DNA of 64,000 nt from a virus. Position 1 is the first letter of the stretch; the number at the start of each line of letters is the position of its first letter. The DNA lies in IMG/VR virus record IMGVR_UViG_3300005563_000031, positions 41,785 through 105,784 of that record. One strand, written 5' to 3'. Made by a program: the position numbers and the translations under genes. Under the pieces are notes generated by a model. That model did not search any database. It worked only from the letters and a program-made list of their open reading frames with translations, and was not told the DNA's origin. Below, piece by piece: positions 11,673-20,770 of this stretch.

Positions 11673-11721
11673 GTCGAAAGACTCCCGTTAGGTTATCTAA
11701 TTCGACATGAAGTTCTCCTCA
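11668..11721 (-). promoter_or_regulatory. 3-codon uORF within a start-sequestering hairpin
   Basis: GAGGAG-ATG TCG AAT TAG; inverted repeat TTCATGTCGAA/TTCGACATGAA covers both ATGs. Confidence 0.6.
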
Positions 11722-11771
11722 TAGTGGTTCAAAGGTCGCAGTTTCAACGAACGCCTGCTAAGCGCAATCAA

Positions 11772-12218
11772 CTATACCGGATAGGCGCCGGTGAGCAAAT
11801 AGTTAGCAAGCCGATTCGCGCGCTTTTCATGCACCTGCGTGCGCCACTTGCTGTTCAACAATTCGTCGTGCGCCGCCTTCCAGTTATGGAGCCGGATCGC
11901 GGCTCGCGTATCGACAAATCCCAGCCACCTCCCCGCACCCATGTTGAAACACAATTCAACCACCGCGTTGCGCCGACAATCCGTATCCAAGTACGGCCAC
12001 TCCGGTGTCCGCTCCGCGCCCGCGAGTGCCTTCTGTAAATCCACTGTACGCCAATTATCCGCTTGCTGTTGGGTGATCGTGTACCCACTCCACTGTAGCA
12101 TGGGGTCTAGTCTGTGTCCCCACCCGACGGTCCACCATCCTTCGGTGTCGACATAGGCGGTAAGTTCGCACCGCTCGCTGGTGTTGATATCCCTAATAAG
12201 CCGTGCATCGAAGTCCAT
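11772..12218 (-). CDS. endolysin, GH24/T4-type lysozyme
   Basis: E...AYVDTEGWWTVGWGH, FNMG, ELLNSKWRTQV..RA.RL. Confidence 0.9.
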   Translation of the reverse strand: MDFDARLIRDINTSERCELTAYVDTEGWWTVGWGHRLDPMLQWSGYTITQQQADNWRTVDLQKALAGAERTPEWPYLDTDCRRNAVVELCFNMGAGRWLGFVDTRAAIRLHNWKAAHDELLNSKWRTQVHEKRANRLANYLLTGAYPV

Positions 12219-12454
12219 TTTCCATCCTTGCCCCGGAACCGAGCTTCTGGACGTGGGGTGTGGTGAATTACTTTCCGTGTAACAATTTCAATCGAGTGGT
12301 ATTGTGGATCCAACTGCCCCTCAATCGGCTCGTGGTCGGGCGGTGCGTTATTGCGTGCAAAAGCCTGCACCTGCTCCTCGTTCGCATGATTCGTGCTCAC
12401 GAAACTGTCGTGAATTACGCCTGTGTCTTTATGGTAAAAATGAAAGTGTCTCAT
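12107..12454 (-). CDS. hypothetical protein (tail-fibre-assembly-like position)
   Basis: ATGA-coupled to J; 3' overlap with endolysin. Confidence 0.55.
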   Translation of the reverse strand: MRHFHFYHKDTGVIHDSFVSTNHANEEQVQAFARNNAPPDHEPIEGQLDPQYHSIEIVTRKVIHHTPRPEARFRGKDGKWTSMHGLLGISTPASGANLPPMSTPKDGGPSGGDTD

Positions 12455-15400
12455 CGAATTACAAACTCTATATCTACGACCACCGAGCCGTAATTAATTG
12501 TTTGACTGCCGGAGGACGGTACTACAATGGCAGTGCCGCCTGTGATGAAATTATAAAAGCCCGCTTTATACGTAAAGGGTAACATGGCTTGCAAAGTAAT
12601 GGATTGGACAGCGCCGCTGCCGGTGGGAACGACTTGCAGGGGTGTAAAGAACGCGCTTTGGGCGACAGCGGGATCATTGCCTACAATGGGCGATCCGGTC
12701 GGGGAGTTAGACCACTGCCGCAGCCCCCACACACCCATTTTTATATCACCAAACGTACCTGCTACCTGCGCCGCGTTCAGTGTCGCGGTAATGATCATCG
12801 TACAGTCGTAATTGGGAGCGGGTGTTGCGTTGAGATACGAGAAGTACCACGTGCCCGCCGGATTCGTTACACCGGTGGTGGTGGTGGAAACGCCACCCGA
12901 AGCAATGAGCGTGGCCGCGTTATTGCGAATTTGTACGGTATCTTGGAAGAGTGCATCCGGTGTAGGACCGTAGTCCACGGAGTTAATAGCTGCGCCTACA
13001 GCGTAGAAACTCGTATCCAAATACACTGCCGAGCCGGTCGGTACGCCCAGTGACGCACCGGTCGCTGAATCTAGTACCGATCCATTTTTCAAAAATCTGA
13101 AGGTAGTCCCGTCCCACGTCACCCCCAGCACATCGGTTGTGAGGTAAGCAGCGCCCGCCGTAACGCCTGTTCCATTTTTGAAAATGTAAAGGGCACCGCT
13201 TACTGTACAATCAATCGCCGCTGTAATTGTGCTGTAACCAGAATCAAGTCCCGGCCTTACCCCCAATCCCACCATTACGTCCGTTAACGCACTTACCTTC
13301 CAAAACACGTGCGCTGTAGGATATCCCTCAAGCGAATACACATCCGCATTCCAACCCGCCGTCGTGTTGGCAAGGTTTTTAGCAAATGTGACCCCATTTA
13401 CTGACGTGCCGTTGCGGGCAACAAAAGGAGTGGGGGTGGCTGGATTCAACAATCCAAAATAAACGTTGTCGAATACGAAGTTGGGCGAGTTCAACGAACA
13501 ATCAAAATACAGCGACTTACCGGGAGCCGGTATTGTTCGCCAATTAATGTTGTCGGCAAAGTAGGTAACAAATTTACCGTCGTACCGTATCTCGAGTAGC
13601 GTGTCGGTAGTAGCGGTAATGGGAATCGTATCAACCAATCCCCCATTTTCATAGATTTGGTAAAATCCACCCGACACGTACCACGCGTAATCCAGTGACG
13701 CGAAACTCTCATCGGTAAGGGGGTCTGAATTTAACCCAAACATGCCGTACAACATAGGCGTGCGCGTAACCACCCGAGCAACACAACCGCCCGAAAGCGC
13801 ATCCTCGCTATAGCAATCTGAATCCCATGCGGCGGCGGCGTTTAACTTCTTGTAAATTTGATTGCCCGTGCATACCGCGCTGTTGCGCGCCACTAACGGC
13901 AAAGCGCCCGGTGCTTCGAGCACACCTGCGTTCTGCCCTTGGAAAAAGCCCTGGTATGCAACTTCCTCTGACAGCGAGCGTACGCCTCCACCAAACAAGT
14001 TGAATGAAACAAACTTAGCCCAGAACGGCAGCCCCGCGTAACCGGGATCAAAAGCGAGCCGGAAAATGTCCTGGTCAATAACGGCAAAATTGCTGCCCGC
14101 CGGATGCGCAACAGTGTTCGTACTACCGTATTTACCACGCCGAAGGTATGTGAGCACAAACGCGTTGTCACCTAACGCCTGGGCCGTCTGATAGGAAATA
14201 ATTTCTCCATCCACGATGCACGGTGTTAGAATATTGTCCGCATCCGCCCGTGTACCTGAAGTCATTGTTAGAGGGCTAGACTGAAGTAATTGCACCGACA
14301 CGCTGTTGGCGGTATCGGGGTCATTCCCCGCTGGTAGCAACTGCGTCGTCGTGCCATAACGACTTGGCGCATCCACCACACCCACACGCCAATACGTGAT
14401 ATTGTCGAGCGACAAGTACACCCCGCACCCGCCCCATTCGCCCCCCGCACCGCCTACCGCAATCCCCAGCTCATACCCGTTTGAAGCGGGCGCCGCGAGC
14501 GAGGGCGGGAATGTGAACATGTAGGGTTTAGCAACAGGTCCCGGATCACCTAAGAAGTTCTGCACGTAGGCTTGTGCAAATTGATTGTTGTAAAGGGGCG
14601 CGGCGGCCGGACCAACAACCATTTCCTCCGCGATAATTTCAATCGTGTCATCAGGATTGTCGGTAACGTCCGTAATGCGCACGAGCTGATTAACAATGCC
14701 CATCCGGCTATCGTTGATCGCTATAAGGTCCATCGGCTCAAGCAAACAAAAATCCGCCCGCAACTTGAAAGCAAACGTATTGCGGATGTACAGATTGCGG
14801 TTACACATCAACGTGGCAATTTGATGCGCAACTGCTCGGTTCTTAATCAAATGCAGCGAAACAGCAGACTGCACCCGCAAGCCGTTTGTTGCGACGTCCA
14901 ACTCGTCGCGATACTCCGCAATGGCCGTGTTGTATTGGTTTGTGCGATCAAGGAATTCTATCCGCCAACAGTTAAAGGTCTGATTGGCAGGGATAATAGA
15001 CACCGTAACGGGCGCCGAGGTGCCGGTGTTAGGATCTATCGCATAGTCACTGTCGTCAATCGAGTAAAGTGGTGTTAGATTTGGAGTATAGGTAACTCCA
15101 TTACCCGTAATCGCCGTATCACCATATGGAACAAATCGCAAGCCTGTACCCGGCGACCACACGCAGTTGCTATTAGTCGCTTGCAGTACTTCGTTGATAA
15201 AGTCCTGCGCGGCACGCTGCTGCTGTTCACAGGCTGAGAAAAAGAAGTTGTTGGCTGTGCAGTAGGTTTGGAACTGATCACTATCTACCGGAGCAAGATA
15301 AGGGAAATTCGCCCCGTGATTGGGATCTGTGCAATAGTCAACAAGAAACACCGCCGGATGCGCATCCATTGTGCTTGTGTAAAGGCACATACCGGATACT

Positions 15401-15876
15401 TCAAACGTGTAATTCGGTAATCCAGCCGAACTCCCAAGGTCTAAGTTCGGCGCTGCAATGTAGGCGGAGTGGTCATAGGGCAGTGCGTGATCAAGGTGGT
15501 GTTGGGTCATGTACGACCACGGTGCTTGTGCGCCAGCACCGCTAAAAAACACCATATTCTGTGCGGCCAACGTCGTTACGCTTTGGTTGTTGAAAACCGC
15601 CGTAACGGCCGGCACCGGTCCCTCGCACAACAAACCCATGACCGAAGCGCTGTAGTCGTAGGAACTCGAAGTCTTTGACCCGCCGCCCTTGCCGCCTTGC
15701 TGTTGAGAAACGGGTGTTGCGGTGAAGTCAACATAATCAATCAAAATCATCGGCAACCGGTCTGTACCGTACAACAACGGAATGCAATTGCCGTAGGAGG
15801 ACTGGTTGATCTGGATTGAATTGAGCCGAGTAGGTGCTTTACTTTGCGGCTGTTTAGAGGAGAAAATGCCGCCCAT
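12451..15876 (-). CDS. tail tip/host-specificity protein (J-like) with C-terminal repeated beta domains
   Basis: SSYGNCIPLLYG, GLLCEGP, LPNYTFEV, LRRGKYGS; follows NlpC. Confidence 0.85.
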   Translation of the reverse strand: MGGIFSSKQPQSKAPTRLNSIQINQSSYGNCIPLLYGTDRLPMILIDYVDFTATPVSQQQGGKGGGSKTSSSYDYSASVMGLLCEGPVPAVTAVFNNQSVTTLAAQNMVFFSGAGAQAPWSYMTQHHLDHALPYDHSAYIAAPNLDLGSSAGLPNYTFEVSGMCLYTSTMDAHPAVFLVDYCTDPNHGANFPYLAPVDSDQFQTYCTANNFFFSACEQQQRAAQDFINEVLQATNSNCVWSPGTGLRFVPYGDTAITGNGVTYTPNLTPLYSIDDSDYAIDPNTGTSAPVTVSIIPANQTFNCWRIEFLDRTNQYNTAIAEYRDELDVATNGLRVQSAVSLHLIKNRAVAHQIATLMCNRNLYIRNTFAFKLRADFCLLEPMDLIAINDSRMGIVNQLVRITDVTDNPDDTIEIIAEEMVVGPAAAPLYNNQFAQAYVQNFLGDPGPVAKPYMFTFPPSLAAPASNGYELGIAVGGAGGEWGGCGVYLSLDNITYWRVGVVDAPSRYGTTTQLLPAGNDPDTANSVSVQLLQSSPLTMTSGTRADADNILTPCIVDGEIISYQTAQALGDNAFVLTYLRRGKYGSTNTVAHPAGSNFAVIDQDIFRLAFDPGYAGLPFWAKFVSFNLFGGGVRSLSEEVAYQGFFQGQNAGVLEAPGALPLVARNSAVCTGNQIYKKLNAAAAWDSDCYSEDALSGGCVARVVTRTPMLYGMFGLNSDPLTDESFASLDYAWYVSGGFYQIYENGGLVDTIPITATTDTLLEIRYDGKFVTYFADNINWRTIPAPGKSLYFDCSLNSPNFVFDNVYFGLLNPATPTPFVARNGTSVNGVTFAKNLANTTAGWNADVYSLEGYPTAHVFWKVSALTDVMVGLGVRPGLDSGYSTITAAIDCTVSGALYIFKNGTGVTAGAAYLTTDVLGVTWDGTTFRFLKNGSVLDSATGASLGVPTGSAVYLDTSFYAVGAAINSVDYGPTPDALFQDTVQIRNNAATLIASGGVSTTTTGVTNPAGTWYFSYLNATPAPNYDCTMIITATLNAAQVAGTFGDIKMGVWGLRQWSNSPTGSPIVGNDPAVAQSAFFTPLQVVPTGSGAVQSITLQAMLPFTYKAGFYNFITGGTAIVVPSSGSQTINYGSVVVDIEFVIR

Positions 15877-16325
15877 TAAAAGGGACTCCAGTAGCTATGG
15901 AACCACGGCGCCATCATGCGCTTCTCACAAAACTCAACTCGTCCCGCGCGCCGATGCGCGTGAATGATGTACTCCTCACCCACTGCAATCGCCCCGTGCG
16001 ACGCGTGCCGACCAAACTTGTACATCAGCACGTCGCCGTCTTGCGCCAACTCCACTTTGTGCGCCCACTTCTCGAGGCCTGCCATATACAGTTCCTCGTT
16101 CTGGTGTAAGTGCCAATTTGGGCTGTAGGGGCGCGGATCGTAAGCGGAATCAACTACACCGATGCTGCTATAAACACCAATTAACAACATGGCGCAGTCC
16201 ACCGCGCCCTTATCACCCTTTACGTAACCACAATCCACATACGGTGTATTGAGCCAGCTAAAAGCCTCGGCCACCGCTGCTTTACGCAGCTTATCAACTT
16301 CAAGCTTTGTACGTCCTTGCGCCAT
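15876..16325 (-). CDS. NlpC/P60 tail assembly peptidase
   Basis: WLNTPY...GAVDCAML...HGAI...IIHA. Confidence 0.85.
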   Translation of the reverse strand: MAQGRTKLEVDKLRKAAVAEAFSWLNTPYVDCGYVKGDKGAVDCAMLLIGVYSSIGVVDSAYDPRPYSPNWHLHQNEELYMAGLEKWAHKVELAQDGDVLMYKFGRHASHGAIAVGEEYIIHAHRRAGRVEFCEKRMMAPWFHSYWSPF

Positions 16326-17283
16326 TCGCCCCTCCAAACGGACTCCCCGTCTTCGGTCCCCCCTGACCACCATAATCTTGGCGCGAGCCTTGTATAACGT
16401 TACCGCCGTCGTACAGTGTTTCTGGAACCGGAATGTAAGGATAAGACCTATTTCGTTTTAGATTGTTGAATTTGACGGTACAGGTAGGAATTGTCTTATC
16501 ACAACCAGGCAATGCTGTGAACCCCACACCCGCCACCGGTGCAGACGGCAACGGGTATGGCAACGTAAACACACCACCCGATCCCTGGTACGCCTTAACA
16601 TTACGCGAGATACCCGCCAACACACCGGTCGTAAACGTAATACGCCCGAGGGTGAAGTAATCGTCCGGCTGCGTACTGATGTTGGTAACTACATGCAACG
16701 TATCGGAACCGGCGAGCACAACGTCTACATTGGTGTAATTAGCCGGCGATAATCCACACCCCGGATCAAACAGCGTGTGAATACATCCAGGAGCAAGGAT
16801 GTTGGGCGGCATTTGCACGTTCAACATCTCGATATCGGAATTGACCGTGACAACAGCTGAGAAACGATCGATTGTTATCTTATTAACGCGCCCCTGGAAC
16901 CACGGCGTTGCACCCGGTGTCGTGTCCTTGAAGTCGTTAAGAAACATCTTAGACCAGGTAATGCGCGCGCCGTCGAGGACGCGTTCTTTGCAGGCCTGTA
17001 GAAACGGAAATCCTCCAAGCAACACCGGGGCCACCGGCGAGTCTGCTTGCGGGGAAAACGTAATATCAACCGACTGCACCTGTAGTCCCAAACTCTGTGT
17101 CGTCGCACCGCGCGTAATAGTAAGCCCGGTTTGGTATAGTTGATTGCCAAAGGGCATTGGCAACTGTGTTGAGGTGAAGTAGTACACCTGCTTACCGCCT
17201 GCCAGCGTAATGGTGTACAGGTCTGCCCGCTTGTACTGACCCGCGTCCAGTATTTCCCTTGCTGCAACAGAGGCTTGCTTCAT
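16300..17283 (-). CDS. DUF2163/BR0599-family tail hub protein
   Basis: CIHTLFDPGCG and PGCDKT..TC..KFNN Cys motifs. Confidence 0.85.
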   Translation of the reverse strand: MKQASVAAREILDAGQYKRADLYTITLAGGKQVYYFTSTQLPMPFGNQLYQTGLTITRGATTQSLGLQVQSVDITFSPQADSPVAPVLLGGFPFLQACKERVLDGARITWSKMFLNDFKDTTPGATPWFQGRVNKITIDRFSAVVTVNSDIEMLNVQMPPNILAPGCIHTLFDPGCGLSPANYTNVDVVLAGSDTLHVVTNISTQPDDYFTLGRITFTTGVLAGISRNVKAYQGSGGVFTLPYPLPSAPVAGVGFTALPGCDKTIPTCTVKFNNLKRNRSYPYIPVPETLYDGGNVIQGSRQDYGGQGGPKTGSPFGGANGARTYKA

Positions 17284-18719
17284 AGTATCACGCTATGGAA
17301 TTTAAGCGCCTGTAGACTCCAGAATGTTGACATGAACTGTTCAGGTGCGCTGATATCCTCATCAAACCGACAGTTGTAATAGAATTTTCCGGTCCACGTC
17401 AGCGTATGCCCACTGGCCGGCGGCGAACCGGGAGAGGGGAAAGTGACGATGCCCGTCGGACCTACCGAATAGTTTGCGGAGCTGACGAGCACACCGTTGT
17501 CGTAGATCTGGATCGCGGGAGTGGGTTGTACGGCTTGTACGATCTCAAACCCGAATGGGCCGTCTACGTTGTTATTGCCAGCAATGAGCTGGAATGTGCG
17601 AGTAATGCCGTCACCTGTTCCAAACGGGTACGCGGTGACAGAATTAAAAGCGCTGTCCTCATACAAGAACGTATTCGTTTGTCCTTGCATTTGGTTAAAC
17701 AAGCCTACAATCTTACGCAAATCGTCAATTGCCGCAGCCCGGTCCAACAACTCATAATTCAACTCCCACTCCACAATCGGGTACTGCGAGTAGGACAAGG
17801 TCGAGGTTTTGCCGGTGACCGCCTTTTGCACTGTCGTGCGCCACACGTAGCTACGCGCCCCCTCCCACGTCAACCCCTTAATGTTCTGTGGGAATACACT
17901 TGGATTACCTACCGACAAACTACCGTCAGACAACGTAAAGGTAATCGTGCTACCTACAACAAGGTTGGTACCTGCAATAGGGAATTGCGCCAAAATCGTG
18001 TTGATGAGCTGCGCCGACGGCAACGTGTTGGTAGAGATCGATAAACCGAGTGCTGCTACTTGAGGGCTAGCGACACTCAACAACTGCCCAACAAAATTCG
18101 GTAGCGCGTTCGCTACCGAGATCGTATCTACAATGTCTGTGAACGAGCCAAACGGGTCACTAATTCGAGTTACAAAACCAAAGGTTCCAAACGCACTCGT
18201 GCTGCCCGTAACATGCCCTGCGCTCGTCATGGTCAAGCCGGGAGGTAGTGCACCGGAATGGATAGCAAACGTGACTAAATCCCCATCCGGATCCACAGCC
18301 ACAAGTTGAATGTCTACCGTTTGGTTGAGCGTAAAGACTGTATTAGGAAAGAACGTAGTGCCCTGGCCCCCGGCCGGCTGGGGCGGTAGATCGTTAATTG
18401 TCAGCGTGCCCTCACCCGCTAATGTGCGAGTGCCCACATAGTAGGCATCAACAGTAACTGTTTGGCGGGAACCGTCTTTGAACGCGTTGTACTCGTAGAC
18501 ACCGTTTTGGTCTACACGCAGGTCATAGTTACCCGGTGCAGCTTGCATGCTCGTAATAAGCACGTCGTTCGCGGAGGGCGTCGGTGTGAGGCGCGGTACG
18601 AGGGAATCAGCGCCCACAGGAACAGAGCCGACCACGCGCGTAGTCTTCCGACCGAGCAATGTGCGCCCGGCCATGCCGTGCGGCAGTGTTAGATAGCCGG
18701 TGTACAGTCCATGTAGCAC
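17280..18719 (-). CDS. DUF2460 (Dit-like) protein with N-terminal Ig and PASTA-like domains
   Basis: C-terminal FLYED..GTGDG...TWTGKFYYNCRFDED; SGALPPGL Ig repeat; LPNFVG..Q.P.AGT PASTA-like. Confidence 0.8.
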   Translation of the reverse strand: MLHGLYTGYLTLPHGMAGRTLLGRKTTRVVGSVPVGADSLVPRLTPTPSANDVLITSMQAAPGNYDLRVDQNGVYEYNAFKDGSRQTVTVDAYYVGTRTLAGEGTLTINDLPPQPAGGQGTTFFPNTVFTLNQTVDIQLVAVDPDGDLVTFAIHSGALPPGLTMTSAGHVTGSTSAFGTFGFVTRISDPFGSFTDIVDTISVANALPNFVGQLLSVASPQVAALGLSISTNTLPSAQLINTILAQFPIAGTNLVVGSTITFTLSDGSLSVGNPSVFPQNIKGLTWEGARSYVWRTTVQKAVTGKTSTLSYSQYPIVEWELNYELLDRAAAIDDLRKIVGLFNQMQGQTNTFLYEDSAFNSVTAYPFGTGDGITRTFQLIAGNNNVDGPFGFEIVQAVQPTPAIQIYDNGVLVSSANYSVGPTGIVTFPSPGSPPASGHTLTWTGKFYYNCRFDEDISAPEQFMSTFWSLQALKFHSVIL

Positions 18720-18732
18720 AGTAACGTCCTTG

Positions 18733-19500
18733 TTACATGATAATTATTGTATCGCCCGAAGCGAGCGCTGCAGGTAATGCAGTTGTTGTGAAGCGCCGCC
18801 CGGCAGTTCCTGTGATATCCGTCAATATAACACCAACCCGCTTCAACATGCCCGTCGATGTCGTAACTAAAAAACCTTTGTTAGCATAAACAGGTGTGGA
18901 ATCAGTCTCCGTAATATCAGAACACTCGAATTGCGTGGTTGTGGGTGTAAAGCTCGCCGCACTCACAGTCCCCGTCGTACGCCCTGCCAGCTCGAGATAC
19001 AGTTTGGTTGCTGCGGGACCGTTGCCATTGATCTGCGTAACGTTAACGGGCAACACCCCGCCTGCCGCCGAAATAATCACATCGCCAATCGATTCGATGT
19101 CGACCTGTGCAGACAAGTCGATGATGAATGATTGCGGCGAGCAATTAGAACCCGAGGCTTGCACTGTTACTATCAAATAGTTGGCATTAGACGGCGTCAA
19201 CGCCGTGTTCAGCAACTGCAATTCGTACATGCCAGGATGGTTTGTCATATCAACCGGACCAAACCGACACGAGGCGGCAGCCGGCGCCACGTAAGTACCA
19301 GCAGTCGCAATGGACTGGATCGCGGACCCTGTGTACGAAGTACCCGCCGCTGCGTTGTCCGCAATCACCGAAATACGCAAACCCGATGTGGCGTTGGTTA
19401 GTGTGTTGAGCGTGCCGCCTGTGGTACTGCTGTTATCCATGAGGATAAAGCGAATTACTGCATTTTGGAACGCACCGTTGATACGTGAAATAAGAGACAT
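18733..19500 (-). CDS. virion structural protein
   Basis: T/A/G-rich ORF in tail module. Confidence 0.7.
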   Translation of the reverse strand: MSLISRINGAFQNAVIRFILMDNSSTTGGTLNTLTNATSGLRISVIADNAAAGTSYTGSAIQSIATAGTYVAPAAASCRFGPVDMTNHPGMYELQLLNTALTPSNANYLIVTVQASGSNCSPQSFIIDLSAQVDIESIGDVIISAAGGVLPVNVTQINGNGPAATKLYLELAGRTTGTVSAASFTPTTTQFECSDITETDSTPVYANKGFLVTTSTGMLKRVGVILTDITGTAGRRFTTTALPAALASGDTIIIM

Positions 19501-19506
19501 AATCCG

Positions 19507-20739
19507 TTAGCCTCCAACAAATCCGCCTGAGAAAATACCCGCCGGCAACATCATGCCACCGGTGCCTCCGCCTCCACCCGTAATGTTCATCGTGAAGAGG
19601 TTCGTATCTGCAACCGCCGTACTCACGGTGTTGTTCGTAGCTCGGAAAAAACACAGCGCGTTTGTCGCATTCGCTACCGGAGTGCCTGAGAACACGTTGC
19701 TCGAGATGCTGAGACCAGACACTGTGAGCGAATTCACAGGTAACGTATAAATCTGTGCACCACTCGAATAGGTCTGGTCGGCGGCAACAAGAATTGTGTT
19801 TGCGGTGGCATTTGTTGCCAGCACGCGCGTTGGTGTGCCGCCGGATGTAACTTTGATGTAGCCGTTAACAGTAATTGACGCAACCGACACAACGGCAATT
19901 TCACGCACCGCTGTACCGGCACTCGAAGTCGTCGTAGCCGCAGTGGCTGAACCTAACTGCTTAAGCGTCGCAGTGTAGGCGGCTGTCACCTCATCAAACA
20001 ACGGCAGCGTGCCGCTCGTACCGAGGTTAATCGAGCTGATCGCTACACCTACAGTGTAGTTCTGCGTGGGGATCGTCGTACCCGTCATGAACGTTTCAAT
20101 AGACGGATCGCTCGTACCGGCACCAATCGTGGCAGAGGGTGTTAGGTCGTTGCTGCCTATCTGGTCTGCAACCGGTGTTTCCGCCACACCTCCCACCGTT
20201 GCGAGCTTCCAATAACTCACCACACCTTTAATAGCGCGCGGATTGCCGCCGCCGCCAAGGTATGCCATTTCAGCATCCGACAACGCGCGAGCCCACGCGG
20301 CCATGTGTGCAGCTTGCCCGCCAATACCGAACGCGAAGTCACTCGGCCGCCCGGATACGAGCAACGCGGCCATCGCGGCGGGGGAAACAGTGGTACCGGA
20401 TGTTCCCTTTACCGTACCGTTAAGGTAGGAGGCGGCGGAGGAAGTCGACGCAAACACGGCGCCATAATGCTGCCATGTGCTCGTCGTAATCGCGCTCGTG
20501 AGTGCCTGGTTAGCACCGCCCGAGGAACTGCGGTAGGCACACAGTTTGTTGGAAGCACTCGTGACATCCAGCAAAATGCCAAAGCAGTTTGTCTCACTGT
20601 TACTGCCGCCATTTAACTGGAACAAGCGCCGGCCCTGACCGCCGGCGTTGTTGGTCCACATAACGAGCGTTAGCGGTACGGCGGTAGCAGGAACCGAGCT
20701 ACTTGAAAGATGTAGTGTGCCTGAAAATGTTTGTGACAT
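19507..20739 (-). CDS. LamG/ConA-like lectin-domain virion protein
   Basis: TWQHYGAVF...YLNG...WARALSDAE. Confidence 0.75.
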   Translation of the reverse strand: MSQTFSGTLHLSSSSVPATAVPLTLVMWTNNAGGQGRRLFQLNGGSNSETNCFGILLDVTSASNKLCAYRSSSGGANQALTSAITTSTWQHYGAVFASTSSAASYLNGTVKGTSGTTVSPAAMAALLVSGRPSDFAFGIGGQAAHMAAWARALSDAEMAYLGGGGNPRAIKGVVSYWKLATVGGVAETPVADQIGSNDLTPSATIGAGTSDPSIETFMTGTTIPTQNYTVGVAISSINLGTSGTLPLFDEVTAAYTATLKQLGSATAATTTSSAGTAVREIAVVSVASITVNGYIKVTSGGTPTRVLATNATANTILVAADQTYSSGAQIYTLPVNSLTVSGLSISSNVFSGTPVANATNALCFFRATNNTVSTAVADTNLFTMNITGGGGGTGGMMLPAGIFSGGFVGG

Positions 20740-20770
20740 GTGCTTTCCCTAGCAGTCGTATCCCTGTTTT

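Noticed and set aside
11700-12460. Holin/spanin cassette next to the endolysin
   Set aside because: Adjacent ORFs lack TM helices or a lipobox; small TM proteins elsewhere (8040, 40261, 47325) cannot be assigned as holins
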